A DNA stretch of 63,588 bases, the filler included, from Neolecta irregularis DAH-3 (lineage: Eukaryota): NCBI GenBank assembly GCA_001929475.1. It is 7 parts of 7 records of this genome, joined end to end, with 100 filler letters (N's around TTAATTAATTAA, not from the genome) between each part and the next. Parts side by side here need not be neighbours in the genome. Positions count along the whole stretch, not along the records: positions 48,528 to 56,358 come from LXFE01000217.1; positions 56,459 to 61,137 come from LXFE01000219.1; positions 61,238 to 62,273 come from LXFE01002674.1; positions 62,374 to 63,588 come from LXFE01002679.1; 3 more parts are not named here. The stretch is one strand, 5' to 3'. The first letter of the stretch is position 1, and each line of letters begins with the position of its first letter. The notes beneath the pieces are model-generated. The model ran no database searches and had not been told where the DNA came from. It saw nothing but the letters and a program-made list of their open reading frames with translations. Positions 51,948-63,588 of the stretch are shown in pieces. The position numbers and the translations under genes are program-made.

Positions 51948-52913
51948 TTATCCATCCTCTTGCACTGTAATGTCAACAACTTCCATCTCAACCTGTGGCA
52001 ACAAGGCCGCAAAACAAAGATAACTAGTATGGTTCTTTACATTTTGTTCCATTCGACTGACCTCCTTCAACACACCCGTCCCCCTCTCAATCTTCTCCTC
52101 CTTGCCTTCATTCCGTCGCTTTCTCTTAATCTTGCGAAGCCGCTCAATACTCGAATTCAAATCCCGCAACTCCACTTTGCGAGACTCCCAGTTTCGATAA
52201 GCAATTTCTACAAGTTGGATATTACTCCATTGCTCAAGTTGTAATATTTGAATCGTCCGTTGAACTTGCTCGAGACATGGAGAAAAGGTACATATACGTA
52301 CCATCTCTTGTGTATTCGCCACAGATTTGACATGGGGAATTGCGTCCCATGGTGCCGGGAGATCGAGAAATACCGCATTCACATCAGAATTAATCTCTTT
52401 AATCTCAAACCCATGTTTACATACATCGCGATGAGTGAGGGTGACGATATTCGGTAGTAATCCATGATCCTCCAATTCTTTCTTGGCTGCAAGAAACCGC
52501 AGCAAATGGTACTCATAACTCCAAATTCGTCCAGTTTCGCCCACCGTCCGTGAAAGACTATGCGTCAGACTCGCACTGCCACAGCCTGCTTCAATAACTC
52601 TCGAACCGGGCCCAATGCCCAGTTCCCCGGTAATATAACTCGCGTCTGGCGAATAGACAATCTGTGTACGGTGAGGCAGCGATAAACTCCAGAGCTCAGG
52701 CGACGGGTGCAATATATGGATAAATCCTCTGCCGTTCAAAGACTGTATCTGTGATCCGTACGGTTTTCCAAGAAGCAAGTTGTGTGGGTACGACCCGAAT
52801 TTATTATCAAATCGAGCGTCTCGAGTAATTTTCAGCGGGATAATCGAGTCTCGAGATAACCAAGCGAGCACCAAATCACCTTCTTCGACATGAGTTTTCG
52901 ACCGGGTAAACAT
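51948..52913 (-). CDS. TRM61: tRNA m1A58 methyltransferase catalytic subunit Trm61/Gcd14
   Basis: PELWSLSLPHRTQIVY, EAGCGSASL, FLDLPAPW, FSPCLEQV, HTSYL. Intronless. Confidence 0.95.
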   Translation of the reverse strand: MFTRSKTHVEEGDLVLAWLSRDSIIPLKITRDARFDNKFGSYPHNLLLGKPYGSQIQSLNGRGFIHILHPSPELWSLSLPHRTQIVYSPDASYITGELGIGPGSRVIEAGCGSASLTHSLSRTVGETGRIWSYEYHLLRFLAAKKELEDHGLLPNIVTLTHRDVCKHGFEIKEINSDVNAVFLDLPAPWDAIPHVKSVANTQEMVRICTFSPCLEQVQRTIQILQLEQWSNIQLVEIAYRNWESRKVELRDLNSSIERLRKIKRKRRNEGKEEKIERGTGVLKEVSRMEQNVKNHTSYLCFAALLPQVEMEVVDITVQEDG

Positions 52914-53054
52914 CCAATGAAGAGAATATTTTCTCTATCTTGGTTTTAGGGGGAGTTCCGGGATTCGCCGAGTATATTTGATGTCCGGGCTGTTCGGTCT
53001 CCACGATCGCCTGTAATTGCCGCTCCTTACTTTTGTCGCCGCCACGGATATACA

Positions 53055-54945
53055 ATGAGTGCATCGCCGTTTAAAAGGAAACAATCTGTTTTGTTCCATC
53101 CGTCGTCGTCTTTATCAGCGTCAATGGCCCGGCCTACGTCTTCTGCCAGCTCAAAAAGCACCATCTTGACCATCCCAACACCGACACCGACAGCAGACAA
53201 TATTTCTGTCGCAGTGCGCATTCGGCCAAACGAGAATGCATTCCAGACGTCGTGTTGGGAGGTGGATTGTGTAGAGGGAAGAATCAGGGCCCCGCAGATG
53301 CCAGAGTTCAATTTCGGTGAAATCTGGAGATAGGCCTGCGGCTGATGACAGATTCCGTGTTTGACGATACAGTCTCCAACAAGCAAGTTTATCAAAATGT
53401 TGGACAGCGGATCGTGCAGAGCGTGGTCGATGGATACAATGGTGTGTTGATCCCTCAATTGGCTGACAACTCATCTATCTCTAGGTACCATATTCGCCTA
53501 CGGGCAAACCGGTTCAGGAAAGACTTTTTCTATGTGCGCTTGAGTTATTCATCATGCACTTATATTAAGGCAGGGAAACAGTAGCGATCCCGGAATCATA
53601 CCCAACGCGTGTCAAGAAATCTTTGACTTTATCGCCGTTGTATGTACCCGTATTACCCAACAGACTCACTAGTCAAGACTACAGACAGGGCATTCGCGAT
53701 AAAAGTATCCTACCTAGAAATCTACAATGAACAGATCCGGGATCTGTTGGCTGATCCATGCTCGTCATCCGAAGAAATCAAACTCCGAGAAGACAGAAAG
53801 GTACCTGATGACCCAAAATGCTCCCCGGTACTGATCCTCAAGAGAGGCGTCTATGCTACTCCGTTGACTGAAATCCAAGTCTCTTCCGCCGATCAAATAA
53901 TGGCAATCCTCGAACGTGGCCAAAGTTCACGAAGAACAGCTGCGACAACTCTGAACGATTTATCTTCGCGGAGTCATGCAATTTTGAACGTCCTTATCGA
54001 GTCCCGTGAAGCTAGTATTGGGAGCAAGCGAGGCGGGATGGTTACTTCTGGCTTGAGGACCTCGGTGTTGGTTTGTATGTCTTTGCAACGAGGGAACTGA
54101 GTGGTAGAGTCTAATTGATTTGGCGGGCAGCGAGCGAGCGGATAAGAATGAGGAAAGAAGGAAAGAAGGAGCATACATCAATAAAAGTTTACTGACTCTC
54201 GGGACCGTCATCGCCAGGTTATCGTCCCCAAACAGGTATTTCTCTCATCTCTAAATGCTAACTTTACCCAGTACAAACCATATTCCATTTCGAGATTCCA
54301 AGTTGACTCGATTACTCCAATATTCTCTCTCCGGCAATGGTCTAATTTCAGTCCTAGCAACAATGTCCGATTCTCCACCTTCCGTCACTGAATCCTTCAA
54401 CACCCTTAAATTCGCCTCGCGGATAAAATATATCCCAACAAAACACCTGGAGAAGGATGAACAACATTTCGACTCGAGTCAGTTTTCCATGGAAAACCAG
54501 CTGCTTAAAAATAAAATCGAACAACTTGAACAAACTCTTGAACTCGAACGACAACAGTTTCAAGAAAATCTCTCTCTCCTTTCGATTTCCCAGAACTCTT
54601 ACCAACTTAAAATAGCATTCTTGGAAAGCGGAGATACAATCCACTCTCAAGATCTCTCAGCAGTGAGCCACCGCATTCCCTATACAGTTCTAACCCCAGC
54701 GTATATCAGAACTAGAAGACCAAATAATATCATATCCATCACCAAATCTACTAAAAGAAAAAGATTTAGAAATCGCGGAATTGAAAGCAGAGTTGGATGA
54801 TAAAGATACAATTATCTCGGCTCTACGAAGAGCTAATCGGAAGAGAGAAGTAGCTGAATTAACTAGTGTCGAAAGATTATTCTCGCCAGACAAGGATTCA
54901 AAGAAACGTCGGTATTATCTTGTCGAAAGGAGAAGTGTCTCCTGA
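53055..54945 (+). CDS. KIP2: Kinesin motor, Kip2/Tea2 (kinesin-7-like) type
   Basis: [51 protein letters not shown], and C-terminal [16 protein letters not shown]. Eight introns. Confidence 0.85.
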
Positions 54946-55068
54946 TCATTAACTCACTCATTCACTTCATTTATCGATTATATTCTATCTTCCTGTTTCT
55001 TGTAGATTTGTACACTCATCTGTATGTGTGGATTTCGACAGGTAGGAGGCGCGCTATCCTGGTCTTTA

Positions 55069-55122
55069 TTCCTTCCTTCTTTCCTTCCTTCTTTCTTTCG
55101 TCGGCTTTTGCTTGCTTGCTTT
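55069..55122. repeat. (CCTT)/(CTTT)/(GCTT) microsatellite
   Basis: TTCCTTCCTTCTTTCCTTCCTTCTTTCTTT...GCTTGCTTGCTT. Confidence 0.8.
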
Positions 55123-56266
55123 GATTCCTTTTCGTTCGGTAGGAGTAGGTATTCGTTCATTCTCCATCATTTGGCTTTTTTAGGCTACTTTCCTTTTTTA
55201 TTGTTCTGTTGTCTTGGGGTCGATTGCATATCCTGATTATTTGACAAATTTTATGCTTGGAGGAAAGTTCTTTGATTAACCATGTCTTTTTTCATAAATT
55301 TGCCCAGCTTCATCGACCATGAAATTTCAACTATTGGATGGAAATTTTCAAAATTGACAAGCTCAATTAAACTGCCTTATTCTGTACATCTGATCAAATC
55401 TTTTTCAAGTTGCTTTCTGTAAACCCTGCAAGAGTTCTCTTTGGAATTGTTTAGATTGAGCAGGATAAAAGTTCACGAATAGTTGGAATCATTCACTGCT
55501 TATAACTTTCTATCTGAATGTATCTACCACGACTACGTGAACGTCCCAACATCATGTCTTATATTATAGCATGACCGGACATTATCTAATGAGTTCTCTT
55601 CGGAATCTCTTGCTGGGATTCACAAAGTGGTAGCTGTGTCAGATCCTGCTGCCTGGATATTGAGGTTGCATCTACTACTTTCAACTCTTTCCGACTGATC
55701 TCACATTCACTTTGTACACCTATGGAAAGCACCTGTACTTCGATCTCACAGTTGTCAATGGTTGCAAAAGCCTGAGAGGGGATTGACATTTTCGATGTTA
55801 TTATATGTTTTTTCTCATATTATCAGACTGAACAGTGCTGATTTGTTTTATCTTACATTTGACGGGTGTCTTAATGTGTTGCGGTGATGCTTTACTGATA
55901 ACAGACCAATCTACAATTCCAGGAGGTCGCATATGTTTGAACGGAAAGGGAACTGAATAGGGTCGCACTTTTTTCACAAGAACTTCCTCAGCCCAATTCT
56001 TTGGCGAAGAAGACCCCGCCTGCAATGCGAGCTCTTCAATCATTTCCAGTGCTTTCCTTTCATATTTTGAAGGGTTTTCTGTGGAATACTAGTGGGTAAG
56101 CATGGTTGGATCAACTCGTTGTTCACCAATCGCTCCAACGATACTCTAATGCGCACCTGACGATTCCAGTAGGAATTCGATGATATAACAGGTTTGTAGG
56201 ATTGGACCGGCTCGCAACCATCAAGTAAAATTGCAATGACTTTGTAGCATCGCCCATATATTGTGG

Positions 56267-56358
56267 GGGTTCCGGGAACCCCCACAGCCACCGCGGACGG
56301 ATAACCACCGCCACCGGCAAACGAACCAAGGACATCCTCAAAGCGCGATCGACCTTTC
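56267..56358 (+). repeat. Copy of the repeat at 63190-63281 (degenerate transposon coding sequence), cut by gap
   Basis: GACGGATAACCACCGCCACCGGCAAACGAACCAA is identical in both copies. Confidence 0.85.
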
Positions 56359-57973
56359 NNNNNNNNNNNNNNNNNNNNNNNNNNNNNNNNNNNNNNNNNN
56401 NNTTAATTAATTAANNNNNNNNNNNNNNNNNNNNNNNNNNNNNNNNNNNNNNNNNNNNGGCGGGTCCAGTTCAGGGGCAGGGGCGAGCCGTTGTAGTCGG
56501 TCTTGGAGGCGCGGACGGAGAGGCAAACGGGATGCGGCAAGGCAGCTAGCTGCAGGCTGGTGGACGAGGCAGGAGGGACTCGCGGGACAGGTGAGGCGGG
56601 AGGGGAGAGGAGACAAAGTCGCGGGGGCTGGAGGTGGAGGAGAGAGAATTGACCCCTGACACTGAGTTCTCATACCACATCATGAAAGGCACGTTGGAAC
56701 CCAAAGGAATGGTATTTCTTCGACATTGGGCAGCTGGTCGCTTAGAACTGGCGGCTGGAGGTGCTTGTGCAGAGGATACAAAGAGGATGTGTGGCGAGGA
56801 CAGCAGGTGAGTGCGGTGTCAAAGAGCAGAGTGCAGTGGAAGGTAATAGGTGCGGCGTAATGCAGGCTCAGACTCGTCCTCCACCTCTCACTCGTCTCCA
56901 TCTACCTGTCCCTGCTCGATGCCCCGCCCCAGCAGCAGTACTTTGTCCCGCTCACAGAGTCCTCATCCTTGGGAGCCCTGCCTCTGAAGGCTATCTCGTC
57001 TGCCGCCCGCCCGATGTCGCCTTCAGGCTCTCCCTGGATCTCATCCGCTGTCCCAGCACTCCCTTGCCTCTTCCACTGCCACACAAAGTCCCGCGCTTCC
57101 TGTCTCGACTTGGACCCTTTGCACCAGAACCATGCTGTGTCCAGATGCTCGTCTTTGCCATAGTTGCATTGTGGGCACTCCGTCCTCATGTTTAGGATTT
57201 GCTTCTCTCCGGCCCTGGCTTGCTCGCATCCTCCTTGTATACCTCTTTGGCTCAAAGTGGGAGATTCGCCACTGCTCCTTCCTCCAGCTTCGGCTACTAC
57301 ATCGCAGACATCATTGTCATCCCAATCTGCGAAAGCGCTACCCAGACCCTTGCAGCTTGCTTTACACACCTCAACCTGGTCTCCATCAAACTCTCCTACA
57401 CAGATGTCATTGATGTGTGTATTGCTAAGGATGCAAATATGCAGAATTGGGGATATAATAAGATGTATGTATCCTTTTACCAATAAGGCTAATATATTAG
57501 AGGGTTTGGCGGCATGGATTCTTTATGAGTGAAGGGAATTAACATCCCTGATGCGATCTCTGAACAGTGCAACTGTAATAGTGAATTTTCAATATGTCAT
57601 TAATGTCATAGGCATGGTGTGCTATACTCAAATGGATCTTGTCCCAGAAATTCAGAGCGAGCAGATGGGGATATGGTTAGTTGTGGTGGGCAAGGTGGCG
57701 GAGGAGTGCAGCCAGGCCAGGGAATGCAGCGACGCAGGTGAGGCATTAGGGGGCAGCCGCCTGGTGCTGACAGAGATGCCCAATAAATTCAACTGTCATA
57801 ATAGAAAATGGGAATATGGTCTTATGTTGGTCAAGTTTGTCTTTTTGGTTTAATGTTTGGAATATCAAACTACTTTACATTTCCCCACTTGTTTAAGCTC
57901 CCTCTTTTCTCGTCATACTTTGCTACCTGGCAGACCATCCTATTCTTGCTGCAATCTTGTCGAAGCAGTTGCA

Positions 57974-60900
57974 ATGGAAACCGTTGAACCTACTGTACCA
58001 TTGAACACATGGACACAAATATTTACTTTTCTTCCCGAATTCGGAGTCCTTATCTGTCTTGAGCACCACTGTGCCATTCGCCTGTCGAGTCTAGATCGTC
58101 ATATCAGCGCTGAACATAGTATCTTCAGGAAGGAAAAGAAGCTCCTTCTCAAAGAGCTATCCCATCTTGAGATCAGGAATCCTATTGATGTAGTTCACCC
58201 GGGAAGAATTACAAGTGTTATTAAGGAATTGAATATTGTTAGTAAGAATGCATTTCAATGCTTGGTAGAAGAATGTAACTACTGTTGTTTAGGATTGAAA
58301 AAGATGCAATCCCACTGCCGATCAGAACACCAGTGGAAGCATGAGCTGAATCCAAATCCGATATGGGAAGCAGCGCATTTGCAAACGTTTTTTACACACA
58401 AAAGCTATATCAAATATTTTCGTGTTGCTATCACTGAGAGCAGAGTCATCGATAGTGTATCAATAAATGACAGAACCCTTCAAGCCTTTAGAGAGTCGCA
58501 AACGCTTCTTGTTAAATGCCATACATCAATCCAACCGATAGAACATAAGTCTGAGAATACGCCATGGATGACAAAGACTGGCTATCGCGAATATCTACAA
58601 GGTCTTCCCTGTGTTGATATTATCAAGTCCTATCAACTCCCAAAAGGAAAAAATAATGAAACCTGTTTGGAAGGTGTTTGCAAGAGCCTGGATCGAATAC
58701 TCAATAAGGCGCTCAAGTCAGCAACAAATGAAAGAGGTAATGGGCATCTTACATTAGCAAATGCGCGAATTCTTAATACCTTCCAATCTGGGACACTAAG
58801 TCAAAAACCGTTTAAAGCATTACAAAACCAAGAAATGGCAAAATCCTATTTTAGTGTATGGAAAAAGCTGATTTACTATATTTACCGGATACACTATAAT
58901 AATGCCTTTCCAGAGATCACCATATTCAAACTCACAACTCAACAATTAAGTCATATTAATACATCATTTTCCCAACTGAATAATGAAGAAAGCTTGGATA
59001 ATTCCTGTCTATCAATGAGTTACAGTCTTATTGAACATCCTCTCGAGTTTGATTCATTCGAATCTCCGATTATCAGTTTTTCTGCGGCACTCTGTCTCAA
59101 TTCAACTGGTAGCAGCTTTCTTGAACCACATCATTTTACACCATTTCTTTCGAGATTAATATACTGCATACAACTTATTACTCTTGAATATAATCTTGTT
59201 AATTATGAAATAAACAAGGAAGATAATCAGTCATTTCAAAATTATTTTAAAATCGCATGCGACAAATGGATTCTGAATACAACAGTAGGACCTATGTCAG
59301 AACTTTTAAGTACAAGATTATATGGAATGGAAATTGGTCGGAACACTATTGCACCAATGACGACTTATTGGGACGAAGCTAGGGAAGTAGTGACATACCG
59401 ATCTACAGAGCTAGCGATATCAGACCTCCGGCGGTTTATGAAAGAACAATTATTTGTGGCAAAACAAATATTATATGAAAAACTACTATTTTTCTATAAT
59501 CCTGAATTGAAGTTCAATTTTTCAGGTATTTTGCTATTTATTATAACAAAGATTAATATTCTAGTTATTAAAGATGACTTTGGACAAAAAAACGTCGGGG
59601 AATCATTTTTAACCAACAAATGCAATGGATTTGAAGGATCTGGCGAATGGTTATTCCAGGCTATCCTCAATGATCAAAAACTACTTAATACAATGGCAGA
59701 TTGTATTACTGATGGTAACCTTGTATGGAAGCTACATATTATCCTGCAATACGAACATCAAATCCAGAGCTTTCTCAATCACTTGCTTATTCTTATTCAC
59801 ATGGGATCTGGTTAACCAGGCAGGGGTGCAGAAATCCTTGGTACAAGATATTGTAATACACATGAAAGAAGAAATTTGTTTATTCACGATGGCTTAGTTA
59901 TGTTTGCAATGCCATATCACAAATCGCAAGCAGTAACAAATACATCAAGGTATGTTAATCTAAAACTATAATATATTTATACTAATATTATTGTAGATTT
60001 GTTTGTTGCTTTTTACCTGAGGAGGTTGGGATTTTGCTCGTTACATATCAAAGTCTAATCCTACCATTTCGAAACTATTTGAATAATGAATCAATTGGGA
60101 AAGACTGCTCCTCTGCATTTATTTGGACTACTCAATCTGGCATTTGGGAAACCGATTATATGACAACATTATTAAAGAAACAGACAGAAGCATCTAAACT
60201 TCAATCTCTAACAGTTTCCACATGGCGCCATATTGCCTCAGCTATTCTGAAAGAAAAGTTTATGGGCCTGAATCTCCAATTGGATTACGAAAATGACGAT
60301 GATTTCAATAAAGAAACAAATTCATTTGCATTTCTGCAGGCTTCGCATACAGCTAGGATGAGCAATATTCATTATTCCAATACCCTTGAGTTTGATGGGC
60401 AATTAACAGCTGGTGCACTTCTGGAATACCGAAAAGTTAGCAAAGCTTGGCATACTTTTCTGCATTTTGGAACCAATACAATATTGAACTCAAATAAGCG
60501 GATACAAGACATTTTAGAAGAAAGAGAAAACCCACCACTAAAGAAGGTTTTATTAGAACCTCAGTGGGTAACTCGCCAAAAATTAGGTCGTCGAACTATT
60601 TGGTCAGCTGAGGAAGTCGATATCGCGCTTTGTAAGCTATACGGAAAAGATTCCAACTTCAAGTCATATGGACAGAAGCAAGCATTAATGGAAATTGTAT
60701 CTGGAACAAGCCAGATTATCGTGATTCTTCCTACTGCTGGTGGAAAAAGCTTGTTATTTATACTTCCATCAGTTTTGCACGGTTCTGGAACTACAATTCT
60801 TATATTACCACTAGTCGCACTTCGCCAGGATATGGAAAGACGATTGAAAGAACTCGAGATTCCCTATGCATTTTGGTCACATGAGCAACAATACACTTCA

Positions 60901-61137
60901 TCACTTATTATCGTAACTATTGAACAAGCCTCGACAGATTCTTTCAAATCATATTTATTAAAGCTCAGTAGTCAAAATCAACTCGACAGGATCGTTATGG
61001 ATGAATGCCACTTAATCTTCACTGCAAGTGATTACAGACCAAGTATAGGGCTTTTAAAGGAGCTACGGATACTGAAATGCCAATTCCTATTTCTATCTGC
61101 AACATTTCCACCATCAATGGAAGATGATTTTAATCGG
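57974..61137 (+). mobile_element. DUF3505-like zinc finger / tyrosine-recombinase-like / RecQ helicase fusion (telomere-linked-helicase-like); one nonsense codon, 3' end in gap
   Basis: VLICLEHHCAI..RHISAEH, CLVEECNY..HCRSEH, TPWMTKTGY; HMGSG*PGRGAE, YHKS, TWRHIASA, QASHT..IHY; Walker A PTAGGKS, ILPLVAL, DECH, LSAT. Introns at 59526-59564 and 59950-59996. Confidence 0.75.
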
Positions 61138-61799
61138 NNNNNNNNNNNNNNNNNNNNNNNNNNNNNNNNNNNNNNNNNNNNTTAATTAATTAANNNNNNN
61201 NNNNNNNNNNNNNNNNNNNNNNNNNNNNNNNNNNNNNAAGAGTAACAACGGTAACATCCTCACCGCCAACCCACTTATTTCCATGTCCATCTTCCCAAAT
61301 CCCGTCTTCAAAATCGGTAGCGGTCATTGCGCACGCACGACAACGAACTTTAGAATCAAAACCCAAATCGAATTTTAAGCGCGCGTTTGATGAGCTCCAT
61401 ATTTTATAACATTTGGCTCGCCCGTCTTGCCCACACACTCCCTGTTGCGGCCCTGCCTATCACTGCCGCTGTCTACCTTCGTGGGTCCTGCGAGGGTGTC
61501 TGCATCACCGCCTGCTGGGCACCGCTGTAGTAGGCGGTGAGATGCAAGTGATACTGAACAACTGCTTCACGAAGCTGTTGGGCTTGTATGCCAGGCTGGC
61601 ATTATGGCTGTCGGAGTCTGGCGAGCCCCTTGCACGGTGGCCCTCCATCTCGTGGTAGGAAGTTGCTGCTGACCCTGCTCCAGCTGTTCCCATCACATAC
61701 CTTGCTACCCCTGCTGTAAGAGTGTCCTCGCTGCCACCAGCCGCTACACTGCATATTCCCCGACAAAGGGTACTGCCGCCTGCTTCGTCAGACAACCTG

Positions 61800-61868
61800 T
61801 CTTGGGGAGGGCCAAAGCCCATGGGATTTTCAGAGGGCTGGGCTGGCCCATGGGCCCAGGCAACACTA
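61800..61868 (-). mobile_element. Probable hAT-type terminus (TAGTGTTGCC) with GCCCATGGG subterminal motifs
   Basis: Minus strand reads TAGTGTTGCCTGGGCCCATGGGCCAGCCCAGCCC. Partner end not visible. Confidence 0.4.
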
Positions 61869-62207
61869 TTCAGACCACTTATTCCAAAGCGTTAGCGATT
61901 GAAATACTATCTAGACTTTATAATAGCAGATTGTAGAGTACCAAATGTTCCAGATGGGTTAAGTGGGAATAAGTATAGTCTTTTATAAAAGTTCTCCACC
62001 AATGTCTTCATCTGACATATGTTCTGCGCGAATAAAAAAACCCGCGAAATAACAACCGCCACCACTACCACTCCAACGCTTTGTTATACCCACCTAGATG
62101 CCTAATTATCTTGCAACCGCTGCTTCTCCACCTTAAGCCATACAATTTATTTGATTCACTTTACATTAAACCTACAGAATTCTGCTTGATTGAATGCTGC
62201 AAACTTC

Positions 62208-62273
62208 TGCCCGCCTCTCCCGCTTGCTCTCCCGCCCGCCTGTCCCGCTCGCTCTCCCGCCCGCCTGTCCCGC
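62208..62273 (+). repeat. GC-rich minisatellite (CCCGC-based, about 24-nt period) at a scaffold end
   Basis: GCTCTCCCGCCCGCCTGTCCCGC repeated. Confidence 0.75.
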
Positions 62274-62373
62274 NNNNNNNNNNNNNNNNNNNNNNNNNNN
62301 NNNNNNNNNNNNNNNNNTTAATTAATTAANNNNNNNNNNNNNNNNNNNNNNNNNNNNNNNNNNNNNNNNNNNN

Positions 62374-62722
62374 CGAGGGAAGGACGCTCGTCAAACAAGT
62401 AGAAGAAACCCTCTTTGGGCGATTGAGGATCAAAGGGAGATTCCATTAGCCCAAATTGTTTAAACTCGTTAGCTGCGACGATCGAGCTTATCTTTATTTC
62501 AGGTGGACCCTGACTTGACAACCTATTCCTGCTTCGAGGGGGTGTAACGACTTCCTTTATAGATCCGCTCTTTTTGTCAGAGTGAACAATTGTCGAGATT
62601 TTCATTACTTCAGGACTTGTAAACAAACTCCTGCTTCCAAGGGTTTCAACTTCAAGGCCTTTTGTGCTAGCTGCAACGAGTGCAACCATGCATGAGAAAA
62701 CAGTGAGTAACTTTGAAACCAT
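62374..62722 (-). CDS. Secreted hypothetical protein, 5' part (truncated by gap)
   Basis: Signal peptide MVSKLLTVFSCMVALVAAS; internal repeat (SR..PEVMKISTIV / SR..PEIKISSIV). Confidence 0.55.
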
Positions 62723-63189
62723 GTTTGTATTGGTTAAGGGACACGCAGGTTGTATTTGTATCGTTCTTGATCTTACTATTGTTGATTGCTGAGCTCGGTA
62801 GTATGGGCTGCCGCTGTCTCAAGACTTACAAAAGGAAAAGGTAATTAACTAGACGTTGGACAAGAACTATCCATTTTATAGAGGAAAGACGGGTAAATAG
62901 CACGGAAACGGAAGAGAGGCGAAACCCGGATGCAGCCAAAATGTGCTCAGCCTCCAGAAAGCCCACCCCGGTAGGAAATTGTGAGACACATCCGTGCGCG
63001 CCACCGTCCGGTCATCTGACTGATCCATGTGGAACACTATCCGCAAGGGGATCCAAAGTCCTGGACTGGGAGGGCGCCCACAGCTTGTGGCGTCCCTTAT
63101 GTCTGACTTGGTGAGTACCGTTGTGTGGGGGCGATGGGACTTGATAGTCCCCACATCAAATGTCAGAGGAACACTAGGAGACCAGCTGA

Positions 63190-63552
63190 GGGGATTCCCG
63201 GAACTCCCACAGCCAGAGACGGATAACCACCGCCACCGGCAAACGAACCAATGACGTCCTCAAGGCGCAATCGGCCTCTCCATCCGCAAGTAGAGCTAGG
63301 AAGCTCAATAGGGATGTTAGCCGCTTCCTTATCAATGGGAGTGGCCATCCCATTGACCGGCAATCGAACGCGATACCCGCAAGAGGAGCGGGAGCGCGGC
63401 AGCTCAAAGGAGAAGTCAATCTCGTCCTGGACACCGAGAGCGGCAATATCCTCACGGCCCGATCGATCAAATACTCCGCAAGAAGAGCGAATGAGCTCAA
63501 TGAGGAGATGTACGGAACGGACGAGGCTCCGTAGAGGAAGGAGCCAATAGGC
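63190..63552 (+). mobile_element. Degenerate multicopy coding element (possibly Ty1/copia-derived)
   Basis: Homologous pieces at 12269-12412 and 56267-56358 on other scaffolds. LVLDTESGNILTARSIK weakly recalls the copia post-integrase SH3 motif. Confidence 0.5.
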
Positions 63553-63588
63553 AGCAGCGAAGCGCGCCTCAAGGAATTACTATATAAG

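Noticed and set aside
55250-56260. Broken minus-strand ORFs, possibly a decayed transposase
   Set aside because: No recognisable motif; many stops.
56680-57490. Overlapping ORFs on both strands upstream of the RecQ-fusion gene
   Set aside because: GC-rich sequence yields spurious ORFs; coding strand and product could not be determined.

Overview
Gene-dense, intron-rich ascomycete fungal DNA. The gene set and the ~32-47 nt introns look Taphrinomycotina-like (possibly Neolecta; inference only). The window is seven separate scaffolds joined by artificial 100-nt N/TTAATTAATTAA/N linkers. Recognisable genes: MCM5 (partial), YJU2, TRA1 (split by a scaffolding error), a GEA-type Sec7 ARF-GEF, NIPSNAP, acylphosphatase, GDT1, a Zn-dependent alcohol dehydrogenase, HSP104, EOS1-like, DBP2, RTA1-like, a CCCH/CHY zinc-finger protein, coilin-like, DGA1, TRM61 and a Kip2/Tea2 kinesin, plus several secreted orphans and transposon debris. 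Main findings: (1) a relaxed splice-site code, where conserved protein motifs require GA-AG, GC-AG (x3), GT-CG and GT-TG introns and possibly a GG-boundary intron, about 6-7 of roughly 85 introns reconstructed by hand; (2) a 598-bp hAT-type element with perfect 21-bp TIRs and an 8-bp TSD that has captured an intron-containing fragment of the spliceosomal gene RSE1/SF3B3; (3) a DUF3505-like zinc finger / tyrosine-recombinase-like / RecQ helicase fusion ORF that looks like a mobile element; (4) a tandem pair of Kex2-processed 8-Cys secreted peptides; (5) a multi-helix RNA structure in the long DBP2 intron. All gene models were built by eye, with no database searches.
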